From the NCBI GenBank assembly GCA_043813605.1, contig JBDRKX010000056.1, positions 1-39,319 on the forward strand: a stretch of 39,319 nucleotides of DNA, given 5' to 3'. The translations under genes were made by a program, and so were the position numbers. This document shows positions 18,373 through 27,920 of this stretch, in pieces. The notes under the pieces were generated by a model. That model had not been told where the DNA came from, searched no databases, and was given only the letters and a program-made list of their open reading frames with translations. Position 1 is the stretch's first letter, and each line of letters starts with the position of its first letter. Source of the stretch: Elusimicrobiota bacterium (GTDB lineage: Bacteria > CG03 > SLGR01 > JBDRKX01).

Positions 18373-18720
18373 ATGAAAGTCGCAATCGCTACGGAAGGAA
18401 ACGCGGTATCTATGCATTTCGGAAGATGTTCAGGATACACAATTTTTGATGTTCAGGACGGGAAGGTCGAATCTAAAAGTTTTGAGAGTTCACCGGAACA
18501 TCAGCCGGGTATGATGCCTAAGTGGTTAAATGAGAAAGGAGCCAATGTCGTTATAGCCGGCGGCGCCGGACCTATGGCGCAGAACCTGTTCGGCCAGTTG
18601 GGTATAGAACTTATTTTAGGCGCCGCAGGTCCGATAGATGCAGTGATAGAAGAGTATTTAAAAGGTGAAGTTAAACCGGGTGAGAGCATGTGCGACAACA
18701 GCGGTACATGTGACCATTAA
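18373..18720 (+). CDS. NifB/NifX-family cluster-binding protein
   Basis: HFGRC, PEHQPG, IAGGAG, C-terminal C...CDH. SD AAGGAGG. Confidence 0.9.
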   Translation: MKVAIATEGNAVSMHFGRCSGYTIFDVQDGKVESKSFESSPEHQPGMMPKWLNEKGANVVIAGGAGPMAQNLFGQLGIELILGAAGPIDAVIEEYLKGEVKPGESMCDNSGTCDH

Positions 18721-18752
18721 ATCGATATGACATTATAAATGGAGGTTATTAT

Positions 18753-19067
18753 ATGAAGATTGCAGTAACTGCAACAGGCGGGTCACTGAATGCGCAGGTT
18801 GCACAGAATTTCGGCAGGTGTGAATACTTTATCATCATAGATAGTGAGACCATGAAATTCGAACCGGTACAGAATCCCGGATTGAGTGCAATGGGCGGAG
18901 CAGGCCCGCAGGCTGCAAAGACTATCAGTGATAAAGGCGCTAATGTACTTATAACAGGAGTTGTTGGACCAAATGCCCAAAATGCGCTGGTACAGTACAA
19001 CATAAAAACTGTAACAGGGATATCCGGCACGGTAAAAGATGCAGTTGATAATTACTTGAAAAAATGA
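18753..19067 (+). CDS. NifB/NifX-family cluster-binding protein
   Basis: NFGRCEYF, GGAGPQAA, ITGVVGPNA. Confidence 0.9.
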   Translation: MKIAVTATGGSLNAQVAQNFGRCEYFIIIDSETMKFEPVQNPGLSAMGGAGPQAAKTISDKGANVLITGVVGPNAQNALVQYNIKTVTGISGTVKDAVDNYLKK

Positions 19068-19900
19068 AAAAAATAGCGGTGGCTTCCGGTAAAGGCGGAA
19101 CGGGAAAGACCACATTTTCCGTTCTTCTTTCCCGGATACTCTCTAAAAAATATAAAGTGCAGCTTGTGGATTGTGATGTAGAGAACCCCGACTGTCACTT
19201 ATTCTTTAACAGGGAGCCGGATAAGCATAAAGAGGTTAATGTGTTTTACCCTGTGATTGATAAGCAAAAATGCACTTTCTGCGGCAAGTGCCAGCAGGTC
19301 TGTGAATATCACTGCCTGCTCGTAATGAAAGATAATGTGATGTTTTTCCCGGAATTGTGTCATCCATGCAAAGGCTGTCTTCTGGCCTGTCCTGAGAAGG
19401 CCATAACTGAAGGCAAAAGATGTGTCGGGGAAGAATTCTCTTACAAAGAAGATAAAAACATATTCTTTGATTATGCCGTAATGAATGTAGGTGAAGCCAG
19501 GGCAAATCCTCTGATAGGAGAATTAAAGACCAGGGTGAGAAATAATGTTGATTATGTTATATACGATTCTCCTCCGGGGGCCAATTGCCCTATGGTGGAG
19601 GCTGTAAAAGATACCGATTATGTAGTGCTTGTGACAGAGCCCACACCATTCGGGCTTTATGACTTAAGAATTGCCTGGAGTGTCGTTAAGAAGCTCGGTA
19701 TCCCGGCAGGTATTGTAATAAACCGCTCTGAAAGTGATGATAGGTTAATCGAGGATTTTGCAGATAAAGAAGCTCTGGAGATCATATTGAGGATACCTTT
19801 TTCAAGAGAATTCGCCTCTTATTATTCCAAAGGGATAATAAAGGAAAAATATTTTCCGGAGCAGGAAAAGAGAATATTAAAGTATTTTGAAAAATTATGA
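19064..19900 (+). CDS. MinD/CobQ-like P-loop ATPase with an inserted 2x[4Fe-4S] ferredoxin domain
   Basis: SGKGGTGKTT, DCDVE, CTFCGKCQQVC, CHPCKGCLLACP, DSPPG, VTEPT. Confidence 0.92.
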   Translation: MKKIAVASGKGGTGKTTFSVLLSRILSKKYKVQLVDCDVENPDCHLFFNREPDKHKEVNVFYPVIDKQKCTFCGKCQQVCEYHCLLVMKDNVMFFPELCHPCKGCLLACPEKAITEGKRCVGEEFSYKEDKNIFFDYAVMNVGEARANPLIGELKTRVRNNVDYVIYDSPPGANCPMVEAVKDTDYVVLVTEPTPFGLYDLRIAWSVVKKLGIPAGIVINRSESDDRLIEDFADKEALEIILRIPFSREFASYYSKGIIKEKYFPEQEKRILKYFEKL

Positions 19901-20508
19901 ATATTTTCGACAGGTATTATAAAGAGTATGACAACTGGTATGAAAGAAATGAAGAAGTCTTTCAAACCGAGATCAATACGATAAAAAGATTTGATTTGAA
20001 AGGCCGGGGCCTTGAGGTCGGTACAGGCACCGGAAGATTTGCCGAAGCCCTGGGAATAAAACACGGGATTGAGCCGTCTTTAAATATGCTTATGCTGGCC
20101 CGCCAAAGGGGCGTGAATGCAGTTCACGGTAAAGCAGAGACTAATCCTTATAAGGATAATTCTTTTGATTTTGCGCTTATGATGGCTACTTTCTGTTTCC
20201 TGGAAGATCCTGTGGCTGTTCTGATTGAGCTCAGAAGGATATTAAAAGACAATGCTCTTCTTATTATAGCAATTGTCGCAAAAGACAGCGAATGGGGAAA
20301 ATATTATCAAAGAAAAAACAGCCCGTTTTATAATGAAGCCCGTTTTTACTCGACTGAAGAAGTCATGGGATTATTGGAAGATACCGGCTATTCAGCAGGA
20401 GAGACGTATCAATCCTTATTTGCAGGGCCTGAGAATTTTGATCAGATAGAAGAACCTTTGCCCGGATATGACAAGGGTAGTTTTGTAGCCATAGGGGCAA
20501 AGAAATGA
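19897..20508 (+). CDS. Class I SAM-dependent methyltransferase
   Basis: YDNWY, EVGTGTGRFA, GIEPS, CFLEDP. Confidence 0.9.
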   Translation: MNIFDRYYKEYDNWYERNEEVFQTEINTIKRFDLKGRGLEVGTGTGRFAEALGIKHGIEPSLNMLMLARQRGVNAVHGKAETNPYKDNSFDFALMMATFCFLEDPVAVLIELRRILKDNALLIIAIVAKDSEWGKYYQRKNSPFYNEARFYSTEEVMGLLEDTGYSAGETYQSLFAGPENFDQIEEPLPGYDKGSFVAIGAKK

Positions 20509-21371
20509 AACAGGTGCTCATAATAAGCGGAAAAGGCGGGACGGGAAAAACAACTCTGACTGCTGCGTTAGCCAGCTTATACAAGAATATAGCAGTTGCA
20601 GACTGCGATGTCGATGCTCCTGACCTGCATCTCCTCTTACATCCGGAAATAAAAGAAAAGCATGTTTTTCAGGGAGGGAAACTGGCTGTCATAAATGAAG
20701 ATGAGTGCACAGGATGCGGCCGCTGCAGGGAAGTATGCCAGTTTAGCGCTGTTTCAATTGATTTTAATATTGATTCGATATCCTGTGAAGGATGCTGTGT
20801 GTGCGCATGGAACTGCCCTGTCAATGCAATTAAAATGATACAGAAAGAATCCGGTGAAAGCTATGTTTCTAAAGTAATTTGCGGAGAAATGGTGCATGCT
20901 TTGCTTAAACCCGGAGAAGAAAATTCCGGCAAACTTGTTGCCGAAGTGAAGAAAAAAGCCAGAGCATTAACCGAAGAAAAGTCATTAGATTTATTGCTGG
21001 TTGACGGCCCCCCCGGAATAGGGTGCCCTGTAATCGCATCTTTGAGCGGAGCGGATCTGGCTTTAATTGTTACAGAACCTACAAAAAGCGGGATACATGA
21101 TATGGAAAGAGTAATAAAAGTAGCCGACCATTTTAATGTACCGGTCAAGGTAGTTATAAATAAATTTGATCTAAATACCGAGAATACAGAAATAATAATA
21201 AAATATCTTAATGAAAAAGGAATCGAAGTTCTGGAAAAAATAATATTTTCTAAAAAATTCACTCAGGCGATTAAACAGGGGGAAACCATAATTGAGTTCG
21301 ATCCTGACTGTGAAGAATCACGGTCTATAAAAAGAATTAAGGGTAAACTGGAAGAATATAATATTAATTGA
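20505..21371 (+). CDS. MinD/CobQ-like P-loop ATPase with an inserted 2x[4Fe-4S] ferredoxin domain (second paralog)
   Basis: SGKGGTGKTT, DCDVDA, CTGCGRCREVC, CEGCCVCAWNCP, SGKLV, DGPPGIGC. Confidence 0.92.
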   Translation: MKQVLIISGKGGTGKTTLTAALASLYKNIAVADCDVDAPDLHLLLHPEIKEKHVFQGGKLAVINEDECTGCGRCREVCQFSAVSIDFNIDSISCEGCCVCAWNCPVNAIKMIQKESGESYVSKVICGEMVHALLKPGEENSGKLVAEVKKKARALTEEKSLDLLLVDGPPGIGCPVIASLSGADLALIVTEPTKSGIHDMERVIKVADHFNVPVKVVINKFDLNTENTEIIIKYLNEKGIEVLEKIIFSKKFTQAIKQGETIIEFDPDCEESRSIKRIKGKLEEYNIN

Positions 21372-21459
21372 TGTAAGACAGAAATTAGATATGTATAAAA
21401 CAAAGAAAATATCAAAAATAGTTTTGTAAAGTAATAAGGTTTTAGAAAGGAAATTAATT

Positions 21460-22683
21460 ATGAAAGATAAAACATTTACGTTCACATCAGAATCGGTAAC
21501 GGAAGGGCATCCGGATAAAATATGCGATCAGATTTCAGACGGAATCCTGGATGAAATATTAAAGCATGATGTTAAAAACGGGTTAAAACCTTACAGATTG
21601 AAGGAATCCGATAAAAGAGGTTCAAGAGTGGCGTGTGAATCGTTTGTCAGTACAGGGCTTGCATTAATAGGCGGGGAAATTACTACTGAAGCTTATATCG
21701 ATTTTCAGAGTGTTGTAAGAAATATAGTAAAAGAAATAGGGTATACTGATCCGAGTCTCGGTTTTGAATACAAAACACTGTGTCTTCTGAATTCAATAAA
21801 CGAACAGTCTCCTGATATAGCGCAGGGTGTAGACATCGGAGGAGCCGGTGACCAGGGATTGATGATAGGATATGCGTGTAAGGAGACTGATGAATTAATG
21901 CCGATTCCCATTGCGCTTGCGCATAAATTAACCCTTAAGCTGGCAGATGTGAGGAAAAACGGAACTCTGGAATTTCTAAAACCTGACGGGAAGTCCCAGG
22001 TAACAGTAAATTATGTAAACGGGAAGCCTGTCAGCATACCTGTAGTAGTGATCTCAACACAGCATGATGAGAGTTCCGTAGATCCTGTATCGGGAAATAT
22101 AAGCGAGGCCGCTATACAGCAGATAATTGAAGCGGTAATTAAACCGGTGATACCCGAAAGTCTTTTAAGCGAAAAGACACGGTTCCTGATAAATCCTACA
22201 GGAAGGTTCGTGGTAGGCGGTCCCCAGTCGGATACGGGGGTTACAGGAAGAAAGATAATAGTTGACACGTACGGCGGCATGGCTTCGCACGGCGGCGGCG
22301 CTTTTTCAGGAAAAGATCCTTCAAAAGTGGACAGGTCAGCATGTTATGCGGCAAGGTATATCGCTAAAAATGTTGTTGCTGCCGGGCTTGCCGAAAGATG
22401 CACAATTCAGATAGCCTATGCCATAGGCATAAAAGAACCGTTGAATATAATGGTATACACGAACGGGACATCGGTTATACCTGATGAAGAGATAGAAAAA
22501 ATTATTTCAAATGACGGCATATTTGACCTTACACCGGCAGGAATTGTGGATACGCTTAACCTATGGAAGCCGATTTATAGAAAGACAGCATCATACGGAC
22601 ACTTCGGAAGAGGAATATTTCCATGGGAAAAGACTGATAAAACAGATGCATTGAAAAAAAGGGCAGGTAAATTAGGCGCATAG
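21460..22683 (+). CDS. metK: S-adenosylmethionine synthetase
   Basis: [45 protein letters not shown]. Confidence 0.98.
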   Translation: MKDKTFTFTSESVTEGHPDKICDQISDGILDEILKHDVKNGLKPYRLKESDKRGSRVACESFVSTGLALIGGEITTEAYIDFQSVVRNIVKEIGYTDPSLGFEYKTLCLLNSINEQSPDIAQGVDIGGAGDQGLMIGYACKETDELMPIPIALAHKLTLKLADVRKNGTLEFLKPDGKSQVTVNYVNGKPVSIPVVVISTQHDESSVDPVSGNISEAAIQQIIEAVIKPVIPESLLSEKTRFLINPTGRFVVGGPQSDTGVTGRKIIVDTYGGMASHGGGAFSGKDPSKVDRSACYAARYIAKNVVAAGLAERCTIQIAYAIGIKEPLNIMVYTNGTSVIPDEEIEKIISNDGIFDLTPAGIVDTLNLWKPIYRKTASYGHFGRGIFPWEKTDKTDALKKRAGKLGA

Positions 22684-22706
22684 TATGTATTGTAAGAAAG
22701 GAAAAA

Positions 22707-24053
22707 ATGAATAATTCAACTGAAATACTGATTATCGGCGGCGGACCGGCAGCAGCTGTTGCTGCAGCTACTGCAAAAAGATATTATCCGGACAAGAAAA
22801 TAACGATCATTAAAGATGTAGAACCATCACTTGTGCCATGCGGTATACCTTATATGATAAGCAGTCTGGATAATCCTGAAAACAATATTATGTCTTTTGA
22901 ACCTCTGAAAGCAGCCGGAATAAAAGTGGTTATTGATGAAGCTACAGAGATAAATAGAGATGATAAAAAAGTATATACTGCAAACGGGGGTAAATATAGT
23001 TACGAAAAACTGATACTTGCGACAGGTTCTTCTCCAATTATACCTAAAATTCAAGGAATCGAATTGAATAATGTTTATTCAGTAAAAAAAGACTTTGAAT
23101 ATCTGAAAAAAATGGTATCAAACATTAAAGAAAATAAAAATATCGTTGTTATAGGCGGCGGTTTTATCGGCGTTGAATTTTGCGACGAGATCTCAAATAT
23201 CAATGGTAAGAATATATATCTGGTGGAAATGCTGCCTGATATTATATGTAATTCTTTTGATAAGGAATTCTCTGACATAGCCCGAAAAAAACTGGAAGAG
23301 AAAGGAGTTAAAGTATTAACCGGTGTTAGAGTAGAAGCGATTTCCGGCAGTGACAAAGTAGAAAAAGTGATGCTTTCCGGCGGGAAAACAATTGAGGCTG
23401 ATATCGTTATTTTATGTATAGGCGGTCAGCCGAATACGGCATTAGCTGAAAAGGTAGGTTTGAATCTGGGAATGGGAAAGGGGATCTGGAGAGATGAATA
23501 TATGAGAACTATGGATCCGGATATTTATGCTGTAGGCGATTGCGCCGGGAAGAGAGATTTCTTTACTAGAAAGAACAATCCGGTAATGCTGGCATCAACT
23601 GCCACGGCAGAGGCCCGCATAGCAGGAGCTAATCTATATAAACTTAAAGTTGTAAGGGAGAATAAGGGGACTATAGCAGCTTATTCAACTTACCTGTCCG
23701 GACTTGTTCTGGCATCAGCAGGACTTACTGAAACAACTGCAAAAGAAGAGAACTTTGAAGTAATAGTAGGCAAGGCTGAAAGTTTAGACAGACATCCGGG
23801 TACTATGCCCGGCGCAAGTAAAGTTTTTGTAAAACTGGTGTTTTCAAAGCAATCAGGCATTCTAATGGGCGGTCAGGTTGTCGGGGGAGATTCCGCAGGC
23901 GAGATAATTAATATTATAGGGCTTGCCATACAGAAAAATGTAACTTTAAATGAACTGGAATCTTTTCAAATGGCTACACATCCATATCTTACTCCTCCAC
24001 CTACAAAATATCATATAGTCCAGGCGGCAATGGATGCAAGTTCAAAAATATAA
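22707..24053 (+). CDS. FAD-dependent pyridine nucleotide-disulfide oxidoreductase (CoA-disulfide reductase/NADH oxidase family)
   Basis: IIGGGPA, single redox Cys in PCGIPY, ATGS, IGGGFIG, YAVGD. Confidence 0.9.
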   Translation: MNNSTEILIIGGGPAAAVAAATAKRYYPDKKITIIKDVEPSLVPCGIPYMISSLDNPENNIMSFEPLKAAGIKVVIDEATEINRDDKKVYTANGGKYSYEKLILATGSSPIIPKIQGIELNNVYSVKKDFEYLKKMVSNIKENKNIVVIGGGFIGVEFCDEISNINGKNIYLVEMLPDIICNSFDKEFSDIARKKLEEKGVKVLTGVRVEAISGSDKVEKVMLSGGKTIEADIVILCIGGQPNTALAEKVGLNLGMGKGIWRDEYMRTMDPDIYAVGDCAGKRDFFTRKNNPVMLASTATAEARIAGANLYKLKVVRENKGTIAAYSTYLSGLVLASAGLTETTAKEENFEVIVGKAESLDRHPGTMPGASKVFVKLVFSKQSGILMGGQVVGGDSAGEIINIIGLAIQKNVTLNELESFQMATHPYLTPPPTKYHIVQAAMDASSKI

Positions 24054-24091
24054 AATTAATACAAATATTAAATCATGAGGAGGCGATTAAT

Positions 24092-24430
24092 ATGCCATTA
24101 GGAGATGGAACAGGCCCAAGAGGCGAAGGCCCGGGTACAGGAAGAGGTCAGGGCAGGTGCGGGAGAGGAAATGGGACGGGTCAAGGGAGAGGAATGGGTA
24201 GAGGGGGTGTTGATGGAGGTATAAGGATTTTATCTGAAAAGGAGAGAATCAATATGGATAAAAAAGCAGTTATTAAAGAAGAAGATTGTATAGGCTGCGG
24301 AGCTTGTGTGCCGGCCTGCCCGAAGGAGGCAATAACTCTGGGTGATATTGCAGTGGTCGATAACGAAAAATGTGACGGCTGCGGCAGATGCCAGGAAGCA
24401 TGCGCAGTAGAAGCCATAGAGTTACAGTAG
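24092..24430 (+). CDS. DUF5320-like Gly/Arg leader in frame with a 2x[4Fe-4S] ferredoxin
   Basis: [23 protein letters not shown], then [12 protein letters not shown] and [11 protein letters not shown]. Internal SD and ATG at 24254. Confidence 0.8.
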   Translation: MPLGDGTGPRGEGPGTGRGQGRCGRGNGTGQGRGMGRGGVDGGIRILSEKERINMDKKAVIKEEDCIGCGACVPACPKEAITLGDIAVVDNEKCDGCGRCQEACAVEAIELQ

Positions 24431-24526
24431 TCAGCCATGTTCAGTGCGGAGATGATTTTTGTAAAAAAAAAGATAGAATATGAGATAGAAATCCATGATA
24501 AGCTGTTTGAGCAGGAAGGAATATGA

Positions 24527-24871
24527 ATGGATAGACCGCATTATGAAAAAATGGATATAGCGCGAAAACTTCTAGGACTGGAAGAAAAAGCTACGCTCAA
24601 AGAAATAAGAGATTCCTACAGGCGGTTATCATCGAAATATCATCCGGACAGATGTGGTGAAAACAAAAAACACGAATATGAAGAGATGTTTAAAGAGATA
24701 AACAATGCCTACGGCATGATAATGGATTATTGCGCCGGGTATAAGTACTCTTTTCTTAAGAAAAGTGTCGAAGAAAATGATCCCGATAAAGACTACAGGG
24801 AGCATATGGAAAGATTCTATGACGACTGGTTTGGCGGATTTAAAAGAAATACCCCTAAAAAGATAGAATGA
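24527..24871 (+). CDS. Small J-domain (DnaJ-like) protein
   Basis: LLGL...EIRDSYRRLSSKYHPD...FKEINNAY. Confidence 0.9.
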   Translation: MDRPHYEKMDIARKLLGLEEKATLKEIRDSYRRLSSKYHPDRCGENKKHEYEEMFKEINNAYGMIMDYCAGYKYSFLKKSVEENDPDKDYREHMERFYDDWFGGFKRNTPKKIE

Positions 24872-25422
24872 TGACAAAAGCTGACTTGCCTTTAGAAATG
24901 GAAACCATACTGAAAAAATGGGCGGAAGAAAGGCTGGAATGCATAGGTGTATATAAAGAACGGACTTCAGGATATGAAGAGCTGGCGGAAAAAATAATAG
25001 ATGATCTGAGATCTGTTTATTCTGATAAAGCGATCGAACTTTTCCTTAAACCTGAAAAAAACTCTGTTATCCGGTCTCCGGCCGCATTTGCAAGAATAAC
25101 CGGTCCCTGCGGGGATACCATGGAGATATATCTTGAGGCTGAGAAAGGTAAAATAAAAAAAGCGGCGTTCACGACAGATGGTTGTGATCCATCAATAGCT
25201 TCAGGCGGCATGGCTGCGGAACTGGCGGAAGGGAGAAAAATAGAAGAGGCCGGCAGGATAACTCAAGAGGACATACTGAGAGGTCTGGGCAGATTCCCGG
25301 AAGACAGTTTGCATTGTGCGCTGCTTGCGGCAAATACTTTAAAAAAAGCAGTAGAAAAACTCCTGCAGAAAACGGCGGATAAACATTCCGATACTGAATT
25401 ACAGGGAGGCAGCCATGTGTGA
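24868..25422 (+). CDS. IscU/NifU-N-like Fe-S scaffold with N-terminal extension
   Basis: Three scaffold cysteines: GPCGD, DGC, HCA. Confidence 0.88.
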   Translation: MMTKADLPLEMETILKKWAEERLECIGVYKERTSGYEELAEKIIDDLRSVYSDKAIELFLKPEKNSVIRSPAAFARITGPCGDTMEIYLEAEKGKIKKAAFTTDGCDPSIASGGMAAELAEGRKIEEAGRITQEDILRGLGRFPEDSLHCALLAANTLKKAVEKLLQKTADKHSDTELQGGSHV

Positions 25423-26182
25423 CGGGAACTGTTCCATTCTGAAAAAGGCCAGGATAAGACTGAATGAACTGATAGAAAAAAACGGATTCACTGATAAAAA
25501 GATAACGGTATCGTATAGAACTCTGTCACCTGAAGAAGCAATAGGAAATCCACAGAGGCGGGATTATCCTATTATAGAAGGTAAAGAAAAGGTCATCGAA
25601 GCTGAATTTATGGGGGTGAAAACTCATGTTTTCACCGACTCGCCTGCTGAATATACCGGAAGCCTGGAAGATATAATGGGTCTTAGACTGGATAATAACA
25701 GAGAGCGGGCGATATTCATCGCTGCATTGAATGCTGTGATGAAAAAAACCGGTTTGATCAGTGACACAATGCATTGCAAAGACGAAGAACCCGAAAAATG
25801 TTCAAAGCAGATATCGGAATATATATTGGAAAGATGGGGCAAGGTATCAGTAGGCCTCATCGGATTCAATCCTGCCATAGCAGAAACGCTTATAGGTGTT
25901 TTTGGGAAAAATGCCGTAGGGATAACCGATCTTAACAGGAAAAACATCGGGGCAGCTAAATTCGGAGTCACGATATGGGACGGGTATAGAGATACGGAAA
26001 AACTTATTAAAACATTCGAGGCGGTCATCTTTACCGGCACAACAGCAGTAAACGGTACTTTTGACAGTATCCTTTCTTTAATCACAAAATACAACAGGCA
26101 TTATCTGATCTACGGGGTAACGGCAGCGGGATTATGCTGTTTATTCAATATGGACAGAGTCTGCTATTACGGCAGAGAATAA
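25415..26182 (+). CDS. DUF364-family Rossmann-like protein
   Basis: LSPEEAIGNP.R.DYPII.GKE, AALNAV, TMHCKDEEPEKC, TGTTAVNGT, YGVT. Confidence 0.75.
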   Translation: MCDGNCSILKKARIRLNELIEKNGFTDKKITVSYRTLSPEEAIGNPQRRDYPIIEGKEKVIEAEFMGVKTHVFTDSPAEYTGSLEDIMGLRLDNNRERAIFIAALNAVMKKTGLISDTMHCKDEEPEKCSKQISEYILERWGKVSVGLIGFNPAIAETLIGVFGKNAVGITDLNRKNIGAAKFGVTIWDGYRDTEKLIKTFEAVIFTGTTAVNGTFDSILSLITKYNRHYLIYGVTAAGLCCLFNMDRVCYYGRE

Positions 26183-26282
26183 GAGAAATAGGCACAAGAC
26201 ACGCCGGAACCGGCCGGAATAAGCATTTCTTTATCATTATCTGATATAATGGCTTAAAGATCATCAGTCAGCATGTAATTGT

Positions 26283-26311
26283 TTGATTTTGTAAATACCT
26301 TATTGTATATT
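26283..26311 (+). promoter_or_regulatory. Possible sigma70 promoter
   Basis: TTGATT, 17 bp spacer, TATATT, upstream of SD AAGGAGG and GTG 26355. Confidence 0.45.
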
Positions 26312-26354
26312 TGGTAGTCAGCAGCCGTATCGGCAAGGTCAGAAGGAGGCGGAT

Positions 26355-26651
26355 GTGGATTCTAAAGAAAGGTCATTATTCAAGTCTGTTTCGTGGCGGT
26401 TCATCGCATTAATAGTGCTTGCGCTGGTTTCATATATGATAACACGGAGTGTCGAAGAGATGTCGTTGATTACAGTGCTGTATACTGCCATTCAGATACT
26501 GCTCTATTTCTGTCATGAAAGATTGTGGGAAAAGATAAAATGGGGAAAGATCGAGCATCCGCTCTCGGATCTCCCCGTTAACAGAAAGCCCAGCCCCGAA
26601 GACATGAAGATAGTATCTAAAAAGCTGAAAGAACTGGGCTACATTGATTGA
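26355..26651 (+). CDS. DUF2061-family small membrane protein
   Basis: RSLFKSVSWR, two hydrophobic helices, YFCHERLWEKIKWG. Confidence 0.85.
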   Translation: MDSKERSLFKSVSWRFIALIVLALVSYMITRSVEEMSLITVLYTAIQILLYFCHERLWEKIKWGKIEHPLSDLPVNRKPSPEDMKIVSKKLKELGYID

Positions 26652-26724
26652 ACGGTTAAGGCTGTAATTTTTAATACATCAAATAAATGATATAATAATC
26701 CCGAAGAAGTCCTGAACAACAGTT

Positions 26725-27501
26725 ATGAAAATAGGAGCAGTAAACAATTTTAGGAATGATATATCCGATGAGATAAGACTTGTTGCATCGGAAAGTTTCG
26801 GATTTATTGATCTTACCCTTGAACCTGTTTCCGATAAAAGCCTGGATACTGCTGATGTAAAAAAAGCACTTGAAGATACAGGTATTGAAATAATCGGGCA
26901 TACAAGTGTGTTCCTGCCGGTAGTGTTCCCGCTTGAGTCTGTACGCTGTGCAGCAATGGATGAGATGACGCGCTATGTGGATTTTTTCAGTGATATAGGC
27001 GCGCGATGTATGAGCGTACACCCGTCGGGAAGTATTCCTATTATCGATCATAACGAACTTATCAAAGCCAACAGGGAGTTCATAAGTGCCATGGCAGGTA
27101 TGTGCAAAAGGAAGAAAATGACTCTTATGCTTGAAACGGTTATGACCCCGTTTAACACACCTGAGATTTTCCGGGTACTGCTTGAGGGCATGGATGAAGT
27201 TATGGTCCATCTGGATGTAGGTCACTGCAATGTCAATTCCCAAAGGGATCTGGCAGAAGAATTCTTCGATGAGTTCGGCGAAAGGATACGGCATATACAT
27301 TTTTCAGACAATTGCGGCGAGAATGACGACCACCTGCCGCTTGGAAAAGGTTCGGTGGACTGGAGAGCAGTAATGAAGATATTGTCCCGATACGGTTATG
27401 ACGGAACGATAACTCTGGAGATATTCTCAGAAGACAGGAGACTTCTGCTCGAGAGCAAAAAGTATCTTGAAGATATAATCGCCGGTGAAAGACAACTATG
27501 A
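26725..27501 (+). CDS. Sugar-phosphate isomerase/epimerase-like TIM barrel (AP endonuclease 2 family)
   Basis: LDVGH, HIHFSDN, DDHLPLG, TLEIF. Confidence 0.88.
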   Translation: MKIGAVNNFRNDISDEIRLVASESFGFIDLTLEPVSDKSLDTADVKKALEDTGIEIIGHTSVFLPVVFPLESVRCAAMDEMTRYVDFFSDIGARCMSVHPSGSIPIIDHNELIKANREFISAMAGMCKRKKMTLMLETVMTPFNTPEIFRVLLEGMDEVMVHLDVGHCNVNSQRDLAEEFFDEFGERIRHIHFSDNCGENDDHLPLGKGSVDWRAVMKILSRYGYDGTITLEIFSEDRRLLLESKKYLEDIIAGERQL

Positions 27502-27911
27502 TAAAGACAAAGAAGATAACATTCGGGACAAAGGGATTTACCGATATTGTGAACCTGAATCCCGATATAGAAGAATTCGTTGCCGAAACCGGCATGGATG
27601 AAGGTGTTGTTTCTGTCTTTGTCCGAGGTTCAACGGGAGCGGTTACAGTTATTGAATATGAACCTAACCTGGTAAAGGATTTCAGGAATGTTATGGAAAG
27701 AATAGTTCCTTCCGATATACCTTATGAGCATACCAAGACATGGAATGATGACAATGGCCATGCTCATGTAAGGGCTTCTATTATAGGGTGCTCGGAGACA
27801 ATACCTGTTTCCGGCGGCCGGCCTGTTCTCGGTACATGGCAGCAGGTGATAGTCATTGACTTCGATACCTGTTCAAGAAACAGGGAAGTCATATTGACCT
27901 GTATATGGTAA
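27498..27911 (+). CDS. yjbQ: YjbQ family protein (UPF0047)
   Basis: GSTGA, EYEP, NGHAHVRAS, LGTWQ. Confidence 0.92.
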   Translation: MIKTKKITFGTKGFTDIVNLNPDIEEFVAETGMDEGVVSVFVRGSTGAVTVIEYEPNLVKDFRNVMERIVPSDIPYEHTKTWNDDNGHAHVRASIIGCSETIPVSGGRPVLGTWQQVIVIDFDTCSRNREVILTCIW

Positions 27912-27920
27912 GAGGCTGCC

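Noticed and set aside
21372..21459. SAM riboswitch before metK
   Set aside because: Short AT-rich spacer without the conserved SAM-I core or stems.
16036..25422. Nitrogen fixation cluster
   Set aside because: No nifH, nifD, nifK, nifE or nifN, and no NifB radical SAM domain; the ATPases are MinD-like with ferredoxin inserts.
26671..27300. 209-aa minus-strand ORF and the other antisense ORFs in the track
   Set aside because: They shadow well-supported + strand genes and lack motifs; only the IS30 remnant is credible on the minus strand.
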